From: Sphyrna mokarran
Lineage: Eukaryota
Assembly: GCA_024679065.1 (NCBI GenBank)
Contig: JAGIQG010000001.1
Coordinates: 119,722,001 to 119,786,000 of the forward strand
Reading direction: 5' to 3'
DNA length: 64,000 nt
Positions within the stretch are counted from its first letter, which is position 1, and each line of letters begins with the position of its first letter. Position numbers and translations under genes: made by a program. The notes beneath the pieces are model-generated. The model searched no databases, was not told the origin of the DNA, and saw nothing but the letters and a program-made list of their open reading frames with translations. Below, one piece after another: positions 1 through 11,859 of the stretch.

Positions 1-99
1 CCGATGTTCCGGGTGAGTGACTTTAGAGTTTGCCTCAGGGAGGGGGGAGGGTTGAGAGAGGGCAATGATGGGATCAGAGATGGGTAGTCCCTATGGGGA

Positions 100-282
100 G
101 AGTTAAAGGAATTTTCCTTTAGGGAAGGAAATCTGCCATCCTTACCTGATCTGGTCCACACGTGACTCCAGAGTCACAGCAATGCAGTTAACTCTCAACT
201 GCTATTCAGTTCAAGGACAACTGGGGATGGGCAATTAATGCTGGCTAGCCAAAGAAGCAAATGTCCCTCAAATAAATAAAAC
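100..282 (+). mobile_element. Second shark SINE family ('family B'), 3' part
   Basis: tttagggaaggaaatctgccatccttacctg...gtgactccaga...ggggatgggcaattaatgctggc...aataaaa; homologous to inverted copies at about 2350, 30180-30770 and 58760. Confidence 0.8.
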
Positions 283-544
283 AAATTTAGGAAATATCCT
301 TAATGCCCATCCATTGGCCATTTAGTGGCCCTTAATAGAATATGTGAGTTTCCCGCCCCAGGTCCTGCCTGCTCAACTGCGAAATTGTGTCAAGTTTGGG
401 CAGGTGGAGGATTTTTGAAGGATTCCTATCCATTCAATTTTATACTCGCCTCCCCCCACCCCTTCCTCAGAACTTGCTTTCAGAGGGAGTGTAAAATTCT
501 GCATTATTGGTTTTATTAACTGCTCTCTCAACATGCCTGCGTCT

Positions 545-905
545 TCAATGACCAATGTAGATGAGATCCCTCTCTTGTATGCACCTCCTTTAGAGTTTCT
601 CCCTTTATTTTATACTATTCCTTCATATTCTTCCTCAGGGAGCTGCATCTAGTGCAATTTTTCGATTCTGCCAGCAGGAAGGACTGAAAAATCCTGCTCT
701 ATGTCCTGTTCAAGTTTAGGACTATCCTCATCACAGCTTACAATGTTTCCAACCGTTGTATCATCTGCAGATTTTGAAACCGTGCTCTGAACTCCACAGT
801 CTGGGCCATTAACATATATCTGGAAGAGAAAGGATCCCAACATTGGCCCCTAGAGAACTCCACTACAAGCCTTCCTCAAATCTGAAAATCAACTATTTAT
901 CAGTA
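545..905 (-). mobile_element. Decayed CR1 RT fragment
   Basis: ORF 649-843(-): LGSFLFQIYVN..VSKSADDTTVGNIV..LEQDI. Confidence 0.8.
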
Positions 906-927
906 CTCTCTGTTTCCTGTGACTCAG

Positions 928-1055
928 CCATGGTGGCACAGTGGTTAGCACTGCTGCCTCATAGTGCCAGGATCCTTGGTTTGATTCCTGGCTTGGGTCA
1001 CTATCTGTGTGAAGTCTGCATGTTTTCACTGTGTCTGTGTGGGTTTCCTCCACTG
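928..1055 (+). mobile_element. HE1-type SINE, 5' part
   Basis: tggtggcacagtggttagcactgctgcctca...ggtttgattcctggcttgggtcact...gtgtgggtttcctcc. Confidence 0.88.
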
Positions 1056-1104
1056 GGTTGTCACCTGCTTTCTTTTAATCACCTGGAGCGCCCACTGGGG
1101 AGGT

Positions 1105-1370
1105 AAAATTCACTCTTTATGACTTTAATCTCCTGCATTGAATCTCCTCTCCATCTTCTTTTCTCCAAGTTCCAACTTTTCCAATCTATCCATACAACAG
1201 ACATTCCTCATCCCTAGAGCCATTCTTATTAATCTTTTCTGCATCCTCTCTAATCCCCTCACAAAATGTGATGCGCAGAGACAATGGTCCAGTTGAGGCC
1301 AAACCAACATTTTTTCCAAGTTTATCAAAACTTCACCAATTGCTAAGTAAACTTTTGTAGTCAAAACCTT
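1105..1370 (-). mobile_element. Decayed CR1 C-terminal fragment
   Basis: LVWPQLDHC..LERMQKRLIRMALGMRN..DRLEKL. Confidence 0.8.
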
Positions 1371-2349
1371 AAATACCCTTCACATTTTTGATCTTTTAGT
1401 CTATTGATATCATTTGTAGATCTTGGTCATGAATTCTGAAAAGTTTAAATGTAATGGTCACATTGGAAAGCAAACAGCCCTTTATGAATCCCATCATTCA
1501 TAATTCTGAAGATTGCATACAATTAAAAATGGTCAGAAACACACTCAATGACAATTAGTCAGTCTTTACATAGAGGAAACTATACATTTATTTTGGACTT
1601 TTAAGTTAGGTAACATTATTTTAGTGCAGAAACATCAATAAGGCATTTATAAAATCTCTTTAAGATTATTATGTTGGTCTGTTCAGTGAATGGATTTATG
1701 CGATAAATAATGGAACTAATCAGTTTTAACTGCATTTTGTAAAAACTGTTAAAATGAATAAATATAGCATCTAATTTTGTATACCAGTTGCATAGTACCA
1801 TATTGAAATCAATTCTCACAATTGCCCAAATGAAATAACTGTTTTATGCTATTGTGCATTTTAATTCAAGGATCAAAATAGACATCTTCATCAATATTTG
1901 TGATACTACAAAAAAAACAATTGTTGGAGAAGCCATTTGAGGGAAAAAGTAATAATTTCAATAAAACCATTTGGCAATATCTCATGAAAATCTAAATCCA
2001 CTGGCCCAGAATTTAATGAAGCAAAGCATCTGACAGTGCACCAGCTCAGTTAATCTTGTTTCTGTATCCTTCGGTTCCAAAATAATGTGTGCACAAAATT
2101 ACTCAAAGTGCAAGTTGATAAAGACATGTTGAGTGCATCTCAGATCATAGTGAATGATAGGATCAGCATCTCCTTAGCTAATGAGTTTTAAATAAACAGA
2201 GGAAGAACTGAGAATGAGGGTAATTTAGAGACAAAGTAGGTACAGAGAGAGGTCAAGGAAGGAAAAGGAAAATTGGATGAAGAGACAGCAAAAGAGAAAG
2301 TAAGAAAAAGTATTGTACATTTTAAATATCTCCACTAGTTCACAAAATT

Positions 2350-2695
2350 CTATATTCATGCATGGGAAATGGGCATCACTAGCTAGCCAGCATTTATTGC
2401 ACATCTCTAGTTGCCCTTGAACTGAATGGGCTGCTACACCATTTCAGTGGGAAGTTAAGAGTCAACTACATTGCTATGGATCTGGTGTCACGTAGGCTAT
2501 ACCAAGGCTGACAGATTTCTTTTCTAATGAACCAGATGGTTTCATTGTCATCAGAAAGTCGTTAACTCCAGGTTTGTTTACATTAAATTCAAATTCCATC
2601 ATCAATGCTGGCGGGATTTGAATCCAGGTCCCCAGAGTATTAGCTGAATTTCTACATTAATAGACTAGTGATAATGCCACTAGGCCATTACCTCC
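2350..2695 (-). mobile_element. Family B tRNA-headed SINE, nested in a TIR element (about 2002-3025)
   Basis: gccagcatttattgcacatctctagttgcccttgaac ... gggatttgaatccaggtcccc (B box) ... ccactaggcca. Host termini ggcccagaattta (2004) and taaattctgaac (about 3014-3025). Confidence 0.78.
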
Positions 2696-3140
2696 ATGTG
2701 TAATTGTACACTTTCTAGTGCAAAGACGTTACTTGACAGTCATCAACAGTCATCACATTATTAAAAGGATAATTACACTATTAATTACTAGCCTTAACTT
2801 TATGTGTGTGCAATTAATATGCAAATGCAGCAAGTTCATGAAAATCACAGGGAACTGAATGATAAGTCGCCATTTGTATGAGGTTAGTGCCAGAGTGGCA
2901 TAAAGTGTTGGGCAACTTGTGTCAGTTCTTAATTCAGGGGATACCCTTCTTCAACACAAACTGGCTGATTTCCATGTTAATAACTGCATGCATTATCACA
3001 ATATTTTAATCAATAAATTCTGAACATTGTTTCCAAACAAAATGAGGCTTTAAATATCCATGATAGTGAACATTAAAGCTGCAATATTATCTGATAAATT
3101 TCATCTGAAACTTTGGCACCTCGCACAGCTTTTTGACAAA

Positions 3141-4275
3141 TTTCCCATATTTGAATTCATTTAAAATGTTTTGCAATAAGTTGATATATCTATGCATACT
3201 CCAGGGAATGAAATCCCCATGTAATGATCTCTGACAATGTTGATAGTAAATCAGGCTGTGCAGTAACTATAACTTGGGGTGTTTGCCTTAATTTACTTCA
3301 ATGCACACCATTGATTCCTATAGTCCACACTGCAATTACATCTGTACGTACATGTGTACCAATAACAATTTAAATGGCAGTAACTGTTAATATTCAAATA
3401 TCTTAGCCTCACATTGACAAAGTATTTGTTTAATTGGTTGCAAATTGTAATTCGTGTATAATTCAGGAATTAACTGTAAGTTATTAAGTTTTGGGACAAA
3501 TATCAAAGTCCAGTTTAATAGAGATGTTCAAATTATGAGAACTGGTTGAATAAATGAGATACTGTTTCCACTGGCAAGAGGATCACAGATTTAAGATCAT
3601 CAACAAAAGAACTAGAAGGGAAATTAAAGGATTTTTTTTTTTAGACAGCAAGTTGTAATGAATTAGAATTCATTCCCTGAAGGATGTAGAAGCAGATTCA
3701 ATAAGAACGTGGAAAGGAAAAAATGGTGCAGTGTTATGGAGAAAGAGTTGGGGAGTGGAACTAATTAGCTGACTCTCACAAAGAATCAACAAAGATACAA
3801 TGTACCAAAAGGCCATTAACTGTTCTGTTTGATTCTATAAATAAAAGTAGAATTTTACCAGCACATCTTCCCAAGGTTTGTAAAATCCCACTGAAGCCAA
3901 CGGAGAATGCCATTCTCTGAGACATGTTTGGATAAGTTTCCCATATTTGAATTCATTTAAAATGTTTTGCAATAAGTTGATATATCTATGCATACTCCGG
4001 GGAATGAAATCCCCATGTAATGATCTCTGACAATGTTGATAGTAAATCAGGCTGTGCAGTAACTATAACTTGAGGTGTTTGCCTTAATTTACTTCAATGC
4101 GCACCATTGATTCCTATAGTCCACACTGCAATTACACATGTACCGATGACAATTTAAATGGCAGTAACTGTTAATATTCAAATATCTTAGCCTCACATTG
4201 ACAAAGTATTTGTTTAATTGGTTGCAAATTGTAATTCGTGTATAACTCAGGAATTAACTGTAGGTTATTAAGTTT
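3141..4275 (+). repeat. Direct repeat pair: 3141-3491 and 3937-4275
   Basis: About 340 bp aligned by eye with about 7 transitions and one 12-bp indel. Confidence 0.95.
3518..3840 (+). mobile_element. CR1 3' end fragment
   Basis: gagatgttcaaattatgaga..ctgtttccactggc..gaagcagattcaat..ctgtttgattctata tail. Confidence 0.7.
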
Positions 4276-4663
4276 GTGAGGCTATAGAATGCATGGTAGG
4301 CATGCTGGTAAAATCCAGGTGTCTGTTAGTTTATCCATCATTTTCATGCTTTTAGACTGTTAACTTAAATGCTCCATGCAACTTCCCAGCCAAAGTAAAG
4401 GGAGAAATGTGAATCCAATTAATCATTTGTGAATTGGTCTACAAGGCAAATAAATGCAGAAAATGGCACTGGAAAGGAGAGGAAAAGTTATTGTAGAATT
4501 CATATTATGCAGGCTGGGATTTTCTGGCCCCAGTGGCCCAGATTTTCTAGGGCCCCCCACGGGAAGTTCAGTGGCCCAACTAATGCCCATTGACATGCGG
4601 CAACACTGACCAATCTCACAATGGGCAAGGCCCAAAAGTCCTTCTCCTACTTTAGAAGTTAAG

Positions 4664-5158
4664 TGTAATAGCTCTACTCCAGAATCAACAAGAAGAGACT
4701 CACAATTTATGAGATTGACACGCATTCTGTATATCGAGTGGCTTAGGATACAAGAATGAAAGCAAAATAGCTCCAGACAACCATTCCTGAATGCCCCAGA
4801 ATGAAAAGCATATTCACAATGCATGTCGCAAGGAAGTATAGGTGTGTCAGGATCCCAGCAGCCTGTCAGTGAAAGCCTTTTATTCCCTTCTATAAGGGAA
4901 TCACTTAGAATGACACAGAAATTACAAAACACCCCAAACAGCCTGTGTTATTGTTTATCATTGTTGGCAGGTGTTGAGTGTAGTTTGTTTGGTATAATTA
5001 AGGTATTGATAGTTTAGATAGATCAAAAGTAAATATTCATTAACTATTAGAAATTACCTACATCAGTACAATAAAGGCTCAAGCTGGGGACTGCATCCAG
5101 CTGGCTGCTGCACATGGCTTTGTCCAACACCGCACTGACCCCCAGATGTTTTCTTACA
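4664..5158 (+). mobile_element. Candidate solo LTR (495 bp)
   Basis: TGTAA...TTACA inverted termini, TATAAG at 4891, AATAAA at 5070-5075, flanks taag / taac (3 of 4 match to a 4-bp TSD). Confidence 0.65.
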
Positions 5159-5709
5159 TAACTCTGTAGTATTGTACTTAGTCCCACATTAAATCTTTAT
5201 GTGGCGGACCCTTATATGACAATCCTCTGCATGAGCGGTCAACATAATGTGCCTGCTCTCTTGCCATATCCCTTCTGCTACATTACCACGTCCTATCAAT
5301 CATTTATCTAACCTGTTCATAAATATTAACATGCTCGGGAGTTTCCTTTGAGACTTCTCCTGCTTTGTCATCATAACTTGGTCGGACGTTTTGTGGAAAC
5401 CCATTTCAGTTTGTAGATTGGATGCAAGTCAAACCTTGATCTCAGATACAGTGGCAGTGTGGAAAAAGCTTAAGAGAATTTAGCCCCATTGTCTTTGCTT
5501 CAATCACGAATTCCCATCATGCATTCTATAGCCTCACAAACCTTTGTGTAAACAAAAGTTGTCTTATTCTCTATCCTAAATTATTTGTTATATGTAATCT
5601 TATATGTCCCCTCATTTTTGATCCTGTGATCACTGGAAAACATTTGTATTTGGCTACGCTGTTTAATCTCAATAGAGTTTAAGCACTTTATTCATTTTCT
5701 TTATACCAT

Positions 5710-6048
5710 CATGGATGAGAAATAAGAAAGGACAAAATCAGGAAGCAGCACATCAGGGGGTCAGTGAACACTGTAGGTGTATTGAAGAAAGTAAGAAGAG
5801 ATTGAAATGGTAGCCATCTGTTGCAAAGGACTATGGGAAATGTGGTGAACAGAAAAATGAAAATGGGATTGCCAGGAAGAAGAAGAGGAAGACCTGGGAC
5901 CAAATGGAAAGATGGGGTGGTGAGAGACGTCAACACAGTGGGATTGGAAGAGGAATGGGTGACCAACAAGAGGAGATGGAAAAGAATAACTGATCAGTGT
6001 AAGCCTTCTATTCCCTTCTACAAAGTAAAATAGGAGAAGGAAAAAAAT
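5710..6048 (+). mobile_element. RTE-clade LINE 3' end
   Basis: IRKDKIRKQHIRGSV..RLKW..MGLPGRRRGRPGTKWKDGVVRD..RRRWKR, the typical RTE C-terminus. Confidence 0.85.
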
Positions 6049-7199
6049 GATTCATCTTCTTCATGCATCTCTTTTATAAACTTTCCAAATTTTTATGGTC
6101 ACATTTACTCTACTTCCCTCACTTGTAGCAGTGGAACCTCTGACTCAGAGTAAGCAATTCCATGGGAGATTTGCTAGTGTATACTCTATAATATTTGTGA
6201 CACATGCAGGATTACAATTATTGGATACATTTTCATTATTCTCTGGCTCCCAGCTGTAAAATGATTTGAACTGAGATGGCACTGCTCCATTCAATTGTTG
6301 GGACAACCTCAGTAAAGCTCAGAAACAAGTATTTAGTTTTACATCTAGTTAATGAAATTTTCTTAACACGGTGACTAACAGAACTTAAAATTTCTGTTAA
6401 GGTCAGTTTGCGGGTAAAGAGCTGGCATTAGGACATACCCCTGTTAGTAACATTTAACCATGATTAAAATATATTTATATTCTTGTAACAGTTAACAATA
6501 CTAATGGATCACAGAGTAAGGAATTCAAATAGGCTTTGTTGCCAACTTAAACTTGGAAGCACATGATGCAGAGATAGTCAAATAGGTGGAAAAAAAGGTG
6601 AAACAATTTTATTTCTTATCTTCTGTTTCATTTGTTCCTCTGTTAGATAAATTTGTTATTTCTAACAGTGTGCATGGTGCAGCAAGTAGACATCATAAAT
6701 ATTGTAAAACCTGATGAAATCTTATTATAAGTGCTTCTTAGTAAAGGCTCAGATTTTCCATAGCAGGTTGCCTCAGATATGGGAGTGGGGAGCATGAGTA
6801 TGAAATTAAGTGGAGTGCTGGTGGTATGGGCCTCCGTTGCCATCACACCAGATCCGTCTTTTCCTGTGGTGGGTGGCGAATGAAATGTAAACAGTGCATG
6901 CTTTTGGAAAAACATCAATGATTAACATACTTAATCTTGTTATTGATCAGTATTTTGTGGGCATGTGGGTCCATTGGGAGGGGAATGAGGTGTGAGTTGT
7001 GTTGAGGAAAGAACTGGTAGAGTCACCCTTCACACTGACAGTGCCCAAATGCCATGGGTATCATCCATGGAACACAGATCCTTCAGCAGGGAGAAGAGCC
7101 TGAGAGGAAAGCAAGTGCAGGGACTTGAATCCAAACAGCAATAACATCCTGGTCATCTGCAGAGGCAACCTCAAAGTTGGGAAAAGTGAAAAAGCCACA

Positions 7200-7920
7200 G
7201 AGGGAACTTCAAACATATGCCAGCACTGAGACAAATGTCCCTTGTACTAAGAGCATACAAACAGAAAATGTGCTGCTTCCAGATATTGGAGTGATGGTGT
7301 TGCTGAAGACTGCTTCCAAAAGGCTATCACAGATCTTTACACTGTGATGGCAGATAAGTTCTGGCATTACTGGCTTTACTGGCCACCCAAAGTCAGCACC
7401 AGTGAAGGTCACTGTGGTCCTTAATTTTTATGCTCCTGGTTCATTCCAAACCCTCACAGTATACCAAATTCAAGTCAGTGGGATAGCATTGTATCAAGTA
7501 GGTGATACAATGTGTCAAGTATATTCCTCAGGATAGTTAGCCAATACATACAGTATAACACTGATCCAGCCAATCAGTGTGAGAGAGCCAAAGGATTTAG
7601 GGACATTGATGGATTCCCCCAGGTGTACTGTGTCACAAAATGCATGCATGTGGCCACCAAGGCTTCCTCAGCCAGACAGCAGCCATCATGAACAGTAAGT
7701 GTTTTAAATACATCTATATACAACTAATCATCTTCAACCACTAGCAATCTGGCCTCCAAGTGTATACATTATATCCTGGAAGCAACCTTGACATCTACAT
7801 ACACAGGCAATCCCATTTGTCCAAAACTTCCACCTCTGGTGCACCTGTAGGTTTGGATGCTTGGCAAAAAAGATTGTCCATTAAAAAGATGGCTACAGAC
7901 TCCAGTGAGAAATCCTTTTA
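7200..7920 (+). pseudogene. Decayed PIF/Harbinger DDE transposase (HARBI1-like)
   Basis: Recognisable remnants VKVTVVLNFYAPGSFQ (about 7402-7450), GFPQV..CMHVATKA (about 7611-7665), MNSKCF (for NRKGF) and YPGSNLDIYIHRQS (for YPGSxHDxxILRxS). Confidence 0.85.
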
Positions 7921-8222
7921 TCCTCTTAATACTTTATTATAAACAGAATCAGACGCAGCCATTTACATCTTAATTATCTATTCACAAATTATAACACAAA
8001 GCTCAAGTGCATCTATTACATTTTAAAAATATTTTATGAATGCTCCTACATGGATCTTGTGATATTCTTGGGGAGAAACCGTAAGAATTAATAAGAATAA
8101 GGCAGCAGCCCATGCTGTTAAAACATGGATCCCTTTATCCTCCTCTTAGACTCCTTCTGTTGGTACATGTTATGGTAGCTGGTTTTGGACAAAATACAGA
8201 AGGCAATTTTCAATACAATACA

Positions 8223-11200
8223 TCCCCCTTTCTAATTAAATGACAAAACTAGTATGTTTCAATGGTTTATTGCCAAAGGTGTAAACAACAAACTTGAGCA
8301 TAAAGTGAACATTCAACTTTGCCAGTGAAAATATTACACATTTTAACTTTTTTATTAACTTAACAATGCACTTAGTCATATACAAAGTGATAAAAGTTTT
8401 GGATGGTGACAGAAAATAGTTCACTTCATAGAAATAGTCACTTAAGTATAGTGGGCTTTTCTTTCACAAATAGGATATCATTTGACATCAGGTGTGGTCT
8501 CATTTAACTCATATTTTTGATGTCTAAATTAGATCAACACTTGCAAATGATGTTTTCAGTGCTTTGAAGAATGATATGTTTTGTGTGATAATTTGTGAAC
8601 AACACTTAGCACTGATCATTGATCCCTTCGTGTTGGTCCCGACAAATGATTGGATATCCTCAAAATTGTTTGATTTCCAACGTGACCATGATGTTTCATG
8701 AGCACTTTATATCCTTGCTTTAGTGGAGTAGCTCTGAATTTTATCTTTTGCTCTGCATTTACTTTCATATAATCCTTTTCTTCTTGATTGCATTCACTTA
8801 GTGCTAATTGTTAGCTCTGCAGGATAGCTCTAGTGGATATGTGCACTTAGAATGTGCAAAGGTCAATGTATCTTAAGGCTTCCCAGTAATAGAATGAGGA
8901 GTCACTGTAATTCTGAAAAAAGTGATACAACTCTTTCCATAACTTGCTCTCAGCTCTAGCTTTACTTGTCACTTTAAAAAATATATAAATCCCTTGGCTT
9001 TTCCATTAGCTCTTGACCAAATGGGAAGTGATTTTTTTGATGACTGAAGCCTACATGGTTCGCAAATTTACTGAACTCATTGTCGGTGAAAGATGTCCAT
9101 TGTCACTTCCACCATTTGAGGACCTCAAACAAAGCAAATATCCAGTCAAGATTGGGGATGAATTATTTCATTGAAGTAGACATAATTATTTCTCCAACTG
9201 GGAATTTGCAGTAGTCACCTATGACAATGAGAAGGTGTTCACTGATGGGAAATCAACACTAACTTCAACCCATGGTCCTGGAGGTAGTTCTGACATCTTG
9301 AGTAGCTCAAAAAGATTTGACATTGTGTTTGTTTGACATGGCAAACTCTGATTTATTTTGTGTTCGACCAAATGGCCAATTCCTTGCTACAATATCTTTT
9401 CCCAAAGGAATTGGTTAGTTTTGGAAATTCCCTGGTGACCTTCATGTGCTGTATCCACAACATATTCTCTCAGCGTGCAGAACGGCAATACAATGATCCA
9501 ATGAGGTTTTAATGGTGAACTCATTTCAAGCTTTCTGAAGACCCTGTAGTGTATGAGCAATTTCATTTGCAGATGTACTCTCAAGCCAGAATTTGTGATT
9601 CCATAGCTGTCATAAATAGTTGCATCTCCTCATCTTGGTTTTGTTGCCGTTTGATGCTAGCTAGCTTTAGTGACTTTTGCACCATGTTTAGGCTTACGTA
9701 GTTAAGATGTTGATCAATAATGTTTTCTTCATAACTAGTAGGACTGAGTGCCAACAATGGACGTGTAAATGATGGTTGAGTTGAGCTTGCCCAGCAGATA
9801 TTCAAAGCGAAGCATGGAAGTCTAATATCCAACATTCTGTTAAAGTAATTGGTTTGCTTTTGTGGATTATTAAACAAAATGTGCGACCTTATGACTGATT
9901 ATTACTTCAAACTCGCTTCCATATACATAGAGACAAAAGGGTAAAATAGCCCTCGTGATTGGGAGCATTTCACTCCCTGTTTGTGAATAATTTTCACTCT
10001 ACAAGCATTAGTGATACTTGCCATTGCAATAATTGATGTGTTGCCTGTCTAGTCTTAATGCTCACGAATAACACCTAAGCCAGCCAGGCTTATATCCACG
10101 ACAAGCTAGATTTTTTCCGGACTGAAACAGAATTTCGTGCTAAAAACAGAAAATGCTGGAAAATCTCAGCTGGTCTGACGGCATCTGTGGGGAGAGAATA
10201 GAGTCAATGTTTTGACTCAGGATGACCCTTCACCACAGTCCATTTGTGCAACTTGCTAACAACCATCATCTGATCTGTTATATAGATGACTAGTGGAATT
10301 TCCTGTCCCATCCGCTGAGGGAATCATAGACAAAAAAATTAACGGAACTTGGTGGGAATTTTCAGTCTTGCATTGTCCACAGCCAGAAAATCCCATTCTG
10401 TTTGTATGATTTAATTCCATCACCTCATGGTGATATATTTTATCAGTTTATGTGGGGGCAGAGAGCATCAAGAGGTCAAAATGAAGTGACTATAATGTAT
10501 CATGAGTCCTAGCAGACTCTGAACTTCCTGAACAATTGTAGGTGTCAAATCATTTGCAATGACTTGAACTTCCCATAGATCAACTGATACTCCTTAACTA
10601 ATGAACGTATGACCGAAGACTTTGATTCTGCTTTCATTGAAGAACACTTTTCTTTGTTCAAAGTGAGGTTACATACTTGAAGATGCTATAAGCTAACACG
10701 CGGGTATGTCTCAAGGTCACTTTCAGAGTAAACCTGGATGACAATATCATCACTAATGTTCAGCATGCCTTCAAGTCTTAAAGTACAAACAGAACCATGT
10801 GCTGAAATAACTCAGCTTCTGAACTGACCCCATTGTTGAGTGTCTTGTATTAAAAAGTTCAATGTGAACAGAAAATAGCATAAGATATCTTGATTCTTCT
10901 AAAAGCTCAATTTGATAGTTGGCAGCAAGTTTAGTTGACTTTAATTGAAGTCAAGTTTAGTGAACCATTTAGTACCATTCATTTTCTCTATGACATTATT
11001 AGCAATGTCAAGTGTCTTCTGCATTGCCTGGCTTGGCTTGGTGACCACATAGTAACACCAGTTCTCATCTGATTCATACTTCCTGTCTCCTTGGCAACTT
11101 GTACGGGTAGGAAACAAGGGGCAGTTCTCATCATACATTTTCTCGATAATACGAAGGTCAAATAAATGCTGATGTTTCTTCTCTACCGTTCCGTATCTCT

Positions 11201-11330
11201 CACGATCAGTTTGGTTTTATATCAATGCAATTTTCCATTGACGTGATGCAAGTTTGGAATGCCTGATCGGATACTTTATTGGTGGGCAGCTCTTTTAATA
11301 AGCATCCGATGCAAAAATTACATTCATGTC
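8223..11330 (-). mobile_element. Decayed Gypsy/Ty3 LTR retrotransposon internal region (RT, RNase H, integrase) with polypurine tract
   Basis: Minus-strand remnants: KWFTKLDFN (about 10945-10970), LNISDDIVI (about 10740-10765), AHEGHQGISKT zinc-finger region (about 9420-9450), PPGPWVEVSVD (about 9255-9285), WxRANG (about 9005-9025), KGSMISAK (about 8605-8630). PPT agaaaggggga (8233-8223) is immediately followed by TGT (8222-8220), the start of the 3' LTR. Confidence 0.88.
10130..10235 (-). mobile_element. PLE terminal fragment with decayed hammerhead, inserted in the Gypsy element
   Basis: Reverse complement: tggtgaagggtcatcctgagtcaaaacattgactct..cacagatgcc..cagaccagctgagattttccagcattttctgttttt. 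Confidence 0.7.
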
Positions 11331-11499
11331 AGCAGCCAGAGGGAAGACTGACTCACCATTAACCCCCCTCCCCCTCCAGCCCTATCATTTGGAGAATTGC
11401 AACATGACTTTACATTGGTGGATTTCTGACTCTTTGGCTCTCACTAGGTTCTCTGCTCCCCACCACCAAATCTGCCACAAGTAAGATAAAAGAATTCCA

Positions 11500-11830
11500 T
11501 CTGATGTTTCTACTTCAAGACTAGAACCAGGCGTCTCAGTTTACAAATAAGGGGTCTCTCACAGAGGAAAAAGATGAAGATTTTTTGTTTCTGTCAGAGG
11601 ATCATTAGATTATGGAATTCACTTCCTCAGACAGGATTAGAGGCTGGGTCATTGAAGATATTTATATCTGAGTTAGATATATTCTATATTCTTGATTTAC
11701 AAGGGAGTCAAGTGTTCTGTGGGGCAGACTTGAAAACGGAGCTGAGGTCACATTTAGTCATGATCTTGTCATTGGTGGAGCAGCCTCAAGGGGCCTGTTC
11801 ATGTTCCTAATTTTCTCATGTTCATGCTCC
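11500..11830 (+). mobile_element. CR1 3' end fragment
   Basis: FCQRIIRLWNSLPQTGLEAGSLKIFISELD, followed by the usual 3' UTR. Confidence 0.8.
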
Positions 11831-11859
11831 ATATTCATGTGTATGTCTGTACCTAGTCC

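Noticed and set aside
928-1000. tRNA-like A/B boxes here and at other SINE heads
   Set aside because: They continue into SINE bodies and do not fold as complete cloverleaves; not tRNA genes.
4423-4932. 169-aa minus-strand ORF
   Set aside because: Spans a MITE and a candidate LTR; no motif; a chance open frame.
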